Shown in pieces: positions 45,750 through 57,605 of a stretch of 64,000 nucleotides of DNA. The stretch is taken from positions 30,256,001-30,320,000 of the forward strand of contig OZ076412.1 in assembly GCA_964187785.1 (NCBI GenBank). Direction: 5' to 3'. The notes beneath the pieces are model-generated. The model did not search any database. It worked only from the letters and a program-made list of their open reading frames with translations, and had not been told where the DNA came from. Position 1 is the stretch's first letter, and each line of letters opens with the position of its first letter. Source of the stretch: Amphiscolops sp. MND2022 (Eukaryota). Position numbers and translations under genes: made by a program.

Positions 45750-48301
45750 TAATTATCTCTTCGGGTCGAAATGGGCCAAACACGGGGCTTCCGTGATCTG
45801 TTTTTTCAGTCTTTCGAAGTCTTCATCTATCTCCGACTTCCATTCCCAGCTGACATCTTTCTTCAGGAGTTTCCTCATTCTGTCTGTCTTCATTGATAGG
45901 TTGTTTATAAACTTCGAGAGATGTTGAATAGAACCCAAGAAGGATTTTAATTCTTTAACGTTCTTCGGGGCTTCCAGTTTGGTGATTGCTTACGTTTTGT
46001 CTTTGATTGGTTTCACTCCTTCTTGGTTAATATAATAGCCCAGCCACGTCAGTTACTTTTTGAATAATTCAGTCTTCTTTTCACTGGCTCGGTAACCAGC
46101 GTTTTGCAATTTGGTGAGAACTCGAACTTCCTGTTCGTGGTCTTCTATGCTGCTGTTTGTCACGCAAATATTATCGTCTAGCCATACTGGTGTTTTAAAT
46201 TCCAGTACGGTGTCTATATGTTCTTGGAAAACCATAGGGATATCCGACAGCCCGTAAAAGCCTTTCCTGAATCGGTAATGTCCCGTGAAATCTCCTCTGA
46301 TAATCGAGAATACGCGATGTTTGGCCGCTTCTTCGGATACTTTTGCTTGCCCATAAGCGTAATCCAAAGCGATCTTCGACATCCAGATGTCACCATCACT
46401 TTTCGTAATTTCAGCCGAAGTTTTACTGATCAATTCTTCCATGTTCGGCATTGCTGCTTTTCTTTTCACACATGCTTCATTTAATTTTCTTGAATCCAAC
46501 GCTATTTTGACCGATTTGTCTTTCTTTATGGTAATGACTGCGGGTTATATAATGCAATTTTCGGTGGTTTTTGTCGGCCTTTTCGAGATGTCCCTTTTCA
46601 ATTAATTTTTCTAATTCTTCTCGTACAGTTCTTTGAAAATGAATGGGGACCGGCCGTCTTTTTTGTTTAAGTTGGTTTGGAGTATTTTTTTAGCTGAATA
46701 TCGATTGTGAGACCTTTAATAGAATGGTTGTTTTTGAATAGGTCTTCATACTCATGGACGATTCTTTCTCGTCTTTCGTCTTCGTCCACATGTCTTATGA
46801 CATTTGTTTTCTTGCCACCCTGCAGAGCAATTTCCAATTTGTCTAACCAATCTAGGCCCATTAGTGGTTGAATATTTTTGTTTTCTGTGATGAGAATTGT
46901 AAATATCTCTTTGCTTTTTTCCGTTTTCACTTCCACCATTGCATCGCCTTTTAATTTTGTTGGGTTTTTGTTTACGTCCACGAAGCTTTTTGTTGTCTTC
47001 TTTATTTCGATTGGATTAATTATCGGCGGTATAATTGTCACTGGGGAGCCGGTATCAATGATAAATCCTATTGGTTGTCCTTGGACCAATAGGATGGTTT
47101 TGTGGAAATCTACTCGAGTGATGCCGTTGAGGGACTGAATATGATCAATTTCCGGCCATGATTCGGTGTTACTGCCCGATGTCTGTGCTTCACTTATCCG
47201 GTTGACGGTTTTGGTTTTGCACACCTTGGCAAAACGTCCCATCTTTTTTTACAATTATTGCATTGTGCTATCCGTGCGGGACATATTAGTTCAGTGACCA
47301 ATTCGGTTTTCCGTAAAAGCGGCAATTCCTGTTTGAGAATTGTTTCTTGTCGGGCAGAGTTGAATTTGTTTTAAGGTTTGGTTGGTGAGTCCGATCTGTT
47401 CATCTTCTGAGGAGCTGTTTGTTTTTCTGGGTTTTCTGTTTTTCGGTTTTTTATCCCCGTATTTACGGTTGTAGTTATCAAGTTCGATGGTTTCCAATAC
47501 CGATTGTATTTTCAGTGGGCCTTTTATGAAATGTCGCGGGCCTTTTTGTCTTTGATGGTGGCTGCGAATTTGTAGGTGATAATTTCTTCGGCTGTGATAC
47601 TATTGAAATAGCACTTCCTCTCGATGTCCACCAATCTTTTCCAATATTCATCTAGCTTTTCGTTGTCGTCCTGCTTCATGTTAAAAAATTGTGCCCTTCT
47701 GTGGAATACGTTTCTTACAGGAAGAAAAGTTTTCTTGAATAACGTCAGTAGGTCCGGTAAGTTGACGTCTTTTAATTCTCGGCCCCATTGGCCTCTCATG
47801 ATTTCGTGTTTGCCTTTTGGGCCGAGTGCCCAGATGACGTCACCCTTTGTGTGATATACGGTGTGTGGGTCCATATATTCGGTTCTTTGATCTATGATTT
47901 CGTCAAGGTTTCGGTTGTATGGCAGGTGTATATACTCCGATATCGGTTCCCACCACATTTTTGGGTTGATCTTTGTGAGGTCCGTTTCTCTGTCTGACAA
48001 GATCGGTATTTTGTAATAACTTCGTTCCGTCCATTCGGATGTTGTTTGATTGTTGTTAGTCCTGGTTGACTGTTCCGATGTATTCGGTCCAACTTCCGTT
48101 GAGTTTGGATGGGAATGATTTTCCATATTGTTCTTATCAGATTGCCGACTGCGTCATGAAGTAAACTTGGAGAAAGGTGGATAGTAAGATTGAATTAAAA
48201 CTGAAGTAAGATTATCAACTCAGACAAAGTATCATGCACTGTAGCAATCAACTGTATTTTAAATCTTCAACGTAGTGTATGCTAAATAGTACGTGGCATC
48301 A
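45750..48301 (-). mobile_element. Ty3/Gypsy (Mag-like) LTR retrotransposon relic, 3'-truncated
   Basis: Candidate 145-bp TG...CA LTR 48157-48301; PBS TGACGCAGTCGGCAA (48156-48142, tRNA-Ser type); gag, Cys knuckle CNNCKKMGRFAKVC, protease IIDTGSP, RT (DSRKLN, YAYGQ, GFYGLSDIP, WLDD), ends at LAHFDP. RNase H and integrase absent. Confidence 0.88.
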
Positions 48302-48479
48302 GTTCAGCAGGTACTTGAACTTGTTTATGTATTGGCCATGAATTGGCTGTTTCATGCCACATCTAAATTCCTAAGAGATGAGCCTCGGCTGTTTTTTGGG
48401 GCTCGAGCGTTGCGCGTTGCCCATAGTGACAGTTTTTTGGAAGATTTCGCGACATCTGGCAACTTTCAAAAATTGAGGC

Positions 48480-49200
48480 AAATTTCTCAAAACTGAGTAT
48501 AGACATGGAATCCATGTTTTCGCTAAAACTTGCGAAAGATCTTATGCTACATTTTTGTCGAAAAAAAAGTTTCAAAAAATCGGCTTCAAGGTTTTGAAAG
48601 AAGTTTTGAAAAATTTTTGGGAGTTTTTTATCTTTGATCCTCTATATCTCAGAACCAAGACCAAATACAGAATCCATGGTTCCGTTAATTGTGCAAGCAT
48701 TCCATCGGCTACATTTTAGCCTAAAAATGAGGTCACATTTTTTTCATACTCAGTTTTTTTGGCAAAAAAATGGATGAAGAAAATGTTTTTGTTTCTCATT
48801 AGTAGCTCATATTTCTCAAAACTGATGAAAGATACAAAACCCATTCTCCCTCGAGACAATCAGCAAGGATGTAGGCTAGGTTTTATACCAACAAAATTTC
48901 CTTCATCAAGTATGACGCCTTCGTTTTTCTGCTGAAAATACTTGATTTTTTTTCAAAAAAATTACTTAGTTCTTTAAAGTTGAGTTCCTATATTTCAGGC
49001 CTGAGAACAAATACGGAGTCCATGGTTTCGTAATTTGTACGAAGATTATGTAGACTACATGTAAAACTAAAAGTGACGTCGAATTTTTTGGGCAAATAAA
49101 GGGATGAAGCAAAAATTTGAAATTTTTCCAATTTTTTTCCCAATTTGTAATTGATTTTTCTCAGAACTGAAAATAGATACGAAAAATTACTATTAATCAG
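48480..49200. repeat. Diverged ~165-180 bp periodic repeat, about 5 units
   Basis: Anchor ATTTCTCAAAACTG / ATATCTCAGAAC at ~48481, 48645, 48811, 48990, 49157, most followed by a GAATCCATG-like motif. Confidence 0.55.
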
Positions 49201-49297
49201 CACTTTTTATATCCTTGGTTAAAACATTGTAGAAAGTGGACCTTTCAGAAAAAAAACTCATCTCAAATTATTTGACACTGTAACATTCGGGCACTGT

Positions 49298-49800
49298 GTA
49301 GTCGGCGCATTCTGTGATAAATATGCCCCACTATTAAAATGACTAGTTTTATAGTCGGTGCTTATTGTAACAAAAATAACCCGACTCTTACAGTGAAAAG
49401 TGTTTGTCACATCGCAGACCTCAGACTGGTCCGCATCGTGACAACCTTTGTTCATTCTGCCACTTGACTTAGATGTGAGAATGAGCGCTTCCCAAGCAGG
49501 AGGTCGTGGGTTCGAATCTGGCTCACGACAAAAATTTACAATTTTTGCGATTCTTTCTCCAAAGGTCAATTTTTGGCTACTCTCGGGACTGGGCTTTCAA
49601 AAAAATATATCTATTCCTCCCAAAGTCGTTCGAATTTCCCGTGTTTTTACTTTTTTGAAAAGACGTCTTTCGACCCTGAAAGGTCTTTGTTTTTTGGTTC
49701 CATGCGACTTGTTTTTCGCAAACAACTTCAAAATTTTTTCACTATTTTGGGGCTTCGGTTTCCAGCTGAAAAAGTGCTTTTAGAATACTTTTGGACACTC
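49298..49800 (+). mobile_element. HINE 5' portion with tRNA-Gly-like module; right end approximate
   Basis: AGTCGGCGC at ~49300; GAGAATGAGCGCTTCCCAAGCAGGAGGTCGTGGGTTCGAATCT at ~49477-49519. Confidence 0.55.
49459..49529 (+). pseudogene. tRNA-Gly(CCC)-derived degenerate sequence (SINE-like head), not a functional tRNA
   Basis: Loop TTCCCAA and B-box GGTTCGAATC resemble tRNA-Gly; anticodon and acceptor stems do not pair. Confidence 0.5.
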
Positions 49801-51612
49801 TGAAATTCGTAAGGATTTTCGAAAGTGCTCCTTGATCATATTTATGAGATAACAAAATGTAACGGAATGACTCACGTTTGATAGACTTCTGGCCTAAATG
49901 AAAAGTGCCCGGAGAATGTCAAATTTTGATCGTTTCAACTGCATGCGTGTAATATGGGCCATGCTTCAGTCGTAAAATTGCAAAACATTCCACGGGAAAT
50001 TGGTGCTCAGTGGTTGTTTTATTGTTACAAATGACTGCATCAATGTCAAGCTTACGCTTACAGCTGGTTACTAATTGCAATTACGTCGTTTTTTCTCTGC
50101 TAGTTTGACAAAGATATGTGGTTTAAATATAACTTATTCGTCAACATAATTGACTCAGCAGGGGATGAACAGTGTACATTTTGAAAAAAACTACAAATAT
50201 CAACCTACGTCACTGAGAAAATTTTGTAGTTGCTCAAGAAGTTGCTGGTGAAATGATGTTTTCTCTGTTTTGAAAAAAGTAACCAGACTTTCAACAAGTT
50301 CTTGTTTACCTAATCAAAATTTTACTCTCCCTACTTATCTTTTTCCGTGCTCCAAGAGGTTAGTGAAAAAAATGAACTCGAACATCTAAATTGAGAAAAA
50401 TTCACAGCTGTTTTTCCAAATATTTATCTTGCATCGAATACAATTTCAAGAAAAGTACTTTGTAAGAGTATTTCAACACCTCCTAATATTCAACTCCAAA
50501 AATGAAATTTTGCTGAAAATTTATTTCGAAGTCGCTTCTCGGGATCTTTTTATTTAAATTGTTTTTCATGATATCTTTGAATTTATTATCATCACTCAAA
50601 TCGTAGGCTTCATACATGTTTTCAACTTTTACTAGTATTTTTGGGAAAAGTCCAAGTTCATCAAGTTGTTGATCGGTTAAATTAAATTGCAGGGTGTCAG
50701 GATTTTTGGAATTGTTTATGCCATGTTACAGACTGCTAAACTTGCTACTTCCATGAAACCGAGGGAGCATTTTGAAAATTAGGGAAAATCACGAGCTTGT
50801 AATATATAAACAGTGAGAAGCACAGTGAAATTTGTGTTCCGAATGAATACACTCTCCATTTTTAGACCTTATTTCATTAAGTATGGATTGTGGCGGTGGA
50901 CATCGGTATGAAACAAGACAAAACTACTATGTAAACCTTGCCCAGTGTGTTCTTTCTGTTGAACGTGACTTTACAACACCTTATGAGCTTTTGAGGCTTT
51001 GATTTGGGACATGTCCCTGTTGTTAGTTTTTTGACTTATTCAAGCTAGTAGTGGCTTCATTGTTCAGGTTATGTTTCAATGAAAAAAAGTTGCAGGTTTG
51101 AGATGGTCATTTGTTTGAAATAAAAATTTTAGACTCATGTTACTCATGTTGACAGCGCACATGTTTTCCTTGATAAGCACATTTCGCGTCCCTAAAAATT
51201 ACGTAGTTTTCACTATTTCACTCGTTTAATTTTAGACGTCTCTGATCCGTATCAAGAGTTCGTAAACGACTATTGGTTGACAAATTACATTAACGGGAAA
51301 AATGATTTACTGGCGTCTTTCCATGTCTCGTTTTTAGATTTAACATCATCCATTTCTTGATGTTCTTTTGAACAACGGCAAACGTGCATCTGAGATGATC
51401 CATCCAATCACTACGTTTCGTGATTGCCACAAACTTGGTTCCCATTGGAATTTTCAGAGCGAGCCAAATTCTCTCCTCTAACTGCATGCAAGCAACATGA
51501 CATGACTCTCACGTTTCCAATGTTTCATTCATAAAAAATCGAGCTTCAAAATATTTTTGCACCAATAGAAATCATTTCCTTTCCTTGAAACAAAATCTAT
51601 TCTAGCAGTTGC

Positions 51613-54600
51613 TGTTAACGACGGACAAAGACGACTATGATGAAAAATAATGTTCAGCAATATTGTATTGTACAAAGATCATATGGCGAATGAACCCGAT
51701 CTTATATGCTTGATTAGACCCTTTTTTAAACAAAATTCGTTGAAACGTTTACTTCCGAAAATTGTTGCTGGGTCCGTTCTTATGACTTGCGGAATTCCGT
51801 GTCTGGCTATGTAATTCGTAACAAATTCGATAACTTTTCTGTAGTTAGCTTCCTTAAAAATTTTCCTTCTGACCTGCCCGAAAAATGTTCCACCGAGATT
51901 AGTAGAGATTTTCGCGCAGTTATTGCGTTTTGAAACGGTCCCGCAAAATCTACATTACGATACATATGCCGCAAAAATGGACTTTACCATCCATTGTAAA
52001 ATGTATTTTCCGTAAAACGAGAGAGAACCGTATTCTAGTCAAATAGTGCACCGTGTTCATCGCGGATTGTAATGCACAGTGTAACAAGAAACTTCGCATT
52101 GTGATCATTGTGCGTGATTGTGTAAAGTAGTCATTTACTGCAATTTGATCACTACGCGTAACGTCAAATAACAAAGTTGCAGCATATGTATTGTAAGGTA
52201 TGGCTATTTCTTGATTGTTTTCTTAACAGGCGGGTAATTTTCTAACTTGCCCTTCAGTTAATAATGTTTTAATGTTCTTACCTGATTCGCAACATTGATA
52301 GCAGGGTCAGGTGACTGCTACCACTTCTCGATGGACACGCGGCCACCAGACATTTGAAACGGTCGAACATTCAATCTCGTCCTGAATGCCCGTAGTAGAG
52401 AGATCGCAGTATATTGGGGGGTAGCGTTTTTGGGATGACTAAACGTTCATGCATATACATGAAGTCGTTTTTGTCAAGACTAAGACAACGGAACTTTTTG
52501 CGCGAAGGCGTGGTAGAGGATTGACTTTTGTGCTGTCGGGTTTCTTTAGTAATTGAATAATTTTCTGTAAGAATGCATCCCTTTCGTACTGTGCGGCAAA
52601 CGATAAATTCCTGAAGGTTTGTAATACCTCGATATGATTTATGGAGCAACAAACCGGCGTTCAGAATATGGCTCGCTTGAATGAGGAGTTTGAAGATTTG
52701 CTGCTATTTTATTAGGTGACTGTTTGTTTACTTTTAATACTTCTTTGTCACTTGACTCTCACTTGCCAGGTTATTCTCACTGCCAACTTCGCTCCTATTG
52801 GCTGATTCTCTGTTGCCTGTGACTTCTGATTTGCTAAAACAATGTTGTCCTTTCTGAATATTTTGTTAACAGTATACTAGTTGTTCCGTAGTTCTGCTTT
52901 CGTTTTTTGTTCCTTTTCGCTATTTTCTGATGGGTGTCTGGACAGATAATCCGCCTTTCCCATAGTTGGACCCGTGGCGTGCACTACTTTAAATTGGAAT
53001 GGCAGAAGTCGATCTACCTATCGTGTTAACAGTGACGAACAAGACTTACTTGATCTTGTATCCTTCAATATGGTAGTTAAAACCTTGTGATCAGATACCA
53101 CTTCCAATTTCGTCCCACATGCAAAACCTAAAAACTTTTCTTTTGCCGAAACAATGGCCAACAGATCCAGCTCACTTATGGAATACTTTTTCTCAAATTC
53201 CGTCGGAAACCGTGATGCATAATGTGTTGTGTCCCATTCTCCCTCTTGTTGCACTTAGAGGACTGCACGCAAAACTTCTATACTGGCGTTGCCCATTATT
53301 CTGAGAGGTAGGTCTCTATTGGACTGTTTAATCTCTGTCATTTCGTTTATGGTTTCATTTCCTTGAAAGCCTCCTCGCGCCTCAGTTCCATTCGTTTTCT
53401 TTTTTCGTTTATGGCCGTAGCGGAACCCAAAATTTTCCCTCTGGCGTATTGCCTCAATGAATGACCGTCAAAGTTACATTCTTTGGTTTCAACTTGCCTG
53501 TTGTTCCTTGGACATTTTCGTCTACTGGCTTCATTCGTTTGGCTGATATTTTCTATCGAGTTCATTCGGGTGGCATGATTGTCAGTCCATAGTATCAAGC
53601 GTTGTTCCATATGCTCCAGTTGAATCGCACCTCAATCTGGAAATTACAATGTTTGTGGTATCAGGATGAAAAATTGTATGCCCAAAAGCGTAATGCATCT
53701 CCAGCGATGTAAAAAATACATCACCTCGTTTGTTGGCATTGACAATTTCTTCCTTTTTCTCCATCGGGTTTTCCAAGTTACGAATTTGGTATTTGTTCTT
53801 CAATATGGCATCATTGAGTGACCTGGCATCTAGAGCTATTTTGACACTTCGGCCCTTTTTTACCGATATGACAACAGGCTGGATGAACATCTCATCTGAT
53901 GTTTTGTCGACTCTTTTTATATGCCCCGCTTCCAATAAATTTTTGATTGCAGCATCTACTGCGTTCTGCAATTGTAGTGGGAATCGTCTTCCCTTTTTGG
54001 ATGACTTTTGCTCCTTCTTTAAATTCGATTTCTATTGCGTGACCCAGAGTTATTCTTTGTCTCTTAAAAATCTAATGAAGCTTTTGTTGTATTCTTTTTA
54101 GGTCCGGTGACAATATACAAAGTCTGCCTTATTTACAAAGCTATTTACACTTTTTGTATACTCATTTTTTTACTCGCCTCAGCTATTCAAAAATTCAGTT
54201 GTGTCAAACAATCTCGCCCACAAATGATATCTTTCCTTCTCGTGCAACTACCATGCTAGATTATTGATGGTTTTTGTCCCAGCTTGAACATCTACATTGA
54301 TGTAATCCAGTAACTTCTGTGATTTTCCAATATAATCAATGTTTTTCTCGTTCTTTGGTAATGGACTGGCAAAGATCAAGTCGCTTCTGAATAGTCTTCT
54401 CACGTATTCTCCCGTAAATTTTGTGATTGGTGATCCGGAATCGATCATTGCTGAGAATGGTTGTTAGATTATCCGGCTTTTTATTACAAAAGGTGGTACG
54501 GCTGCTCCGTCCAGTTTCAATACCACGTTATGATCGTCCAGTTCTAACTTTCTTCTGATTGGTCAGCTGCTTTTCCAACCAAGTTTATTCTTCTCATTCC

Positions 54601-55565
54601 GCCTCTATTGTAGGATCTGCTAGTTTTGGGGCGTTTACGCATCCTCATGAATTGTCCAATGATTCCACAATTGCTGCTTTTCTCATTTTTAGCCTTGCAT
54701 ACCATTAAGTGATTTTGGACAAAGTCCAATCCACATCTCGTGCAAGGGTTTTGTTTCTGTTGTCTATTGCGTACACTGGTTCGTTTCTACTTTCGCTGTT
54801 TCAACCAAGGTTCTTCTGCTGACTGAACCATTCTTCAAAAGCTATCGCATATCTGTGTGCATTTTGGGGTTGTTCCTCCGTCTCGATGCACAATCATTCT
54901 TGTACTGTCTTATCATGCATGTTTTGGATAAAAGCATCCAATAATAAACTTTCTGTTTGTTGCTAGATTTCGAATCTTGCTGCAAGGCCTGTTAATGCGT
55001 TCCAAAATTGTCTTAACGTTTCGTTTGGCTGTCGTTTATTGGAGAAAAACTTCTACCGATCCAGTGATTATTTCTTTGTTTTCTGAATATTCGTTCGCAA
55101 TTGTTCCTGATGTCCGTTACTGTTGCTGTCGATACAATCATTAACATGTTTTTGTCTGTCAAATTATTGCGGCCCGCAGATCCCAATGAAAATAATATTA
55201 TACTCTCCACTTTTCTTTCGACTGCTTCCTCGTTAATGTTGTTAAATACCGCTGTCTGTCGTGGTCGGTCCTCTGTTGGGGTTCTCAGTAGTTCGTGCAC
55301 CGAAATGGAATGTTTCGCGTTAACCACGACCACGAAAATGTCCCTTCACTTTTCCCACTCTATTCTAGCTGTCGGAATATGCTGGCAGTCTCGTCAGAGC
55401 TGACGGACTGCTTGAAGTTGCTCTGCCGCTCATTTCTTATGTGTCTCGTAGTGCCCTGTTAACGACGGGCTAAGACTACTATGATGAAGAATAATGTTGA
55501 GCAATACTGTATTGTACAAAGACCATGTGGTGCTCGGCCCCGATCTTTTAGTTGACTGATACACA
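51613..55565 (-). mobile_element. Second Ty3/Gypsy (Mag-like) LTR retrotransposon relic with short (~109 bp) LTRs
   Basis: Direct repeats TGTTAACGACGG... at 51613-~51720 and 55457-55565; minus-strand gag, knuckle, protease MIDSGSP, RT KIALDARSLN, RNase H YASRF...YSISELDLLA...SDHK, integrase Zn-region ERLVIP...GHSG; integrase core deleted; no TSD found. Confidence 0.85.
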
Positions 55566-56647
55566 TCTGTTTGTAAAAATTATAAGATCATGTAAGTAAT
55601 CAATTACGTACAACTTGTTCAATTTATTGTTTTATACTTTTTCGTTCTAAAGCCAAGGTCACTCTCTCACATTTGGAAAATGTACAAATCTCAAATGTCA
55701 AGATTTTTTTTTCTGGGAGTTCATTGAAGCTCGGTTTTTCAAACAGATAAGGTTCAACATGCAATTTAGTCCTCTACAAACTATGTTCCAAACTATTGTC
55801 TACAAACAACAGTTCTCAAATGAATCGAAGTTGACTTCAGACACCAAACAATTGTACGGCCACATCTCAAATGGCAAACCAGTAGCAATTCTTCCAGTCT
55901 GATTGTTATGCGTAGAAAAATTCTTCTTGTCCCAAAATAATTAGCATTTTTGCGTGTGTCTATGCTATTGTAAATTGTCTGTGAATCTTGTAAAGTGAAA
56001 TGGGTTTCGAACATCAAACTCCTAGAGCTGACAACGAAGTCACAACAAATCGCAATTTACGTACTAGGAATCATTTGAAAACTCAGATAATCCACCAATT
56101 GGTTCCTTTCAGTCGGCGCATTTTCAGGAATAAAATTGATAGTTTTGTTTCAGCCCACAGAGTGCATGCAAAAATTTTCCTTTCGATTTAGTTTTGAACT
56201 CCAGAAATCTATGAACGCTTTCCAAGCGGACAGCTGTCTGTTCGTAAGTGCCTAGGACTAGTTATCTTTGTTTGCAAACACTGGACGTGTCATATAATAT
56301 TATTTGAGTTTTTTGACTTCTTCCTTGAAGTTTTTCAATTCAAAAAGCGACTATTTTTACTACTACGGAAATTTTTTTTTAAAAAAAAAAAACATCTACA
56401 CCTTGTACATTTTGATGAGATTTTGACCTTGAAGCTCCGATTTCAGACGTTGCTCCTATCAAACGATGTGCCTTTATTTAGTTTATTCAAATTATTCAAA
56501 TTTTCACACGGTCAACCTCTTTTTCTTTGGAATTCGAAACTGTGCAGCTTTTTGTTTAAATTGGGATGAAAGCAAAAAAATCCGGCACTTCGCATTATTC
56601 GACTCTGTAAAATCCCTTTCGGTTATCATTACTTGAGAAATTTGCCG

Positions 56648-56795
56648 TTTTCAGTGGGCGCTTTTATTTAATAAAAGAGCCCGACTATTACAGTCACTTG
56701 TTTTTTTCTTTTCTTGTTTTTTAAGGCAGTCTCGAATGCGACGAAATTTTTGTTCAATTTAATCAACTAAACGATTACCGTTCCTGTCTTGTTGC
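56648..56795 (+). mobile_element. Minimal, degenerate HINE remnant
   Basis: TTTTCAGTGGGCGC...GAGCCCGACTATTACAGTCAC then degenerate 3' CCGTTCCTGTCTTGTT. Confidence 0.5.
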
Positions 56796-57428
56796 ACGTC
56801 TAAAACAGACTGAAAAAGGGGTTCGTCACCTTCCCCTGAAGTTTCTAAGTTACTTTTCATAATCTGCAGGCCAAATTTTCATGGTTTTCGGTGTGAAAAT
56901 CTGGCGTAACTTGAATGAAGTAGGGGTAATTTCCGTAAATGATGGTTGAATTTTTAATGACTGTTATTCATACGCAAACGAAGGTAACATCCGGGAACTT
57001 TTATCCATTGCAGTAGTGCACCAATTGAAAGTAATATTGAAAGAGCGCATCCACTCAAAGTTGTTAGATGAAAGCACTTTTATTTAATCTTATTCCTTCT
57101 ATTCCGGCTGTACTTTTTCTTCCTGAAAACCACTCCATTTTCATCACGTTCCAGCACGCAGCGGTGAGGAACTTTCTTTGATTGCCTGAACTTTAAACAA
57201 AAAATTTACCAGATTCGTATTTTTCAAGGTTGTGTCATTTTTGTTTGGTTTATGCTCGGCTCTCGGTGAGTATTTTTTTGTTGGGTAACGTCATCTTCGT
57301 GTCGCAATTATTCCCTAATATTCCCTAAATTTGGAGTCGATAATTTGACCAAAAATGGGTACTCACTCAAGCCCTTTCTCATCTAGAATGCCACATACTA
57401 CTACTACTGATATATATTTGTACAGGTG

Positions 57429-57605
57429 ATGAAGATGCTACCAGCAATAGTATCATTTGCACTCTTATGGCCAATTTCGTTGGGTTTCGAGAGCCTCACA
57501 GAAGAAAAACAGTTTATAGATTCCCTTCTGGAAGGAACAACCAAATACACACCACATTCGCAAATGGTCAACAACACTGTCTTCCTCTACGCAGACTTGT
57601 ATCAG
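57429..57605 (+). CDS. Channel exon 1 (signal peptide to YADLYQ)
   Basis: ATG 57429 just after acceptor TACAG 57421-57425; ends CAG|GCATGT. Confidence 0.75.

Noticed and set aside
49459-49529. Functional tRNA-Gly gene
   Set aside because: Acceptor and anticodon stems do not pair; embedded in a repeat; reported only as a tRNA-derived module. The same applies to the other A/B-box segments.
51290-51487. Possible DDE transposase fragment (KIPMGTKFVAIT)
   Set aside because: Too short, and I cannot match it to any family motif with confidence.
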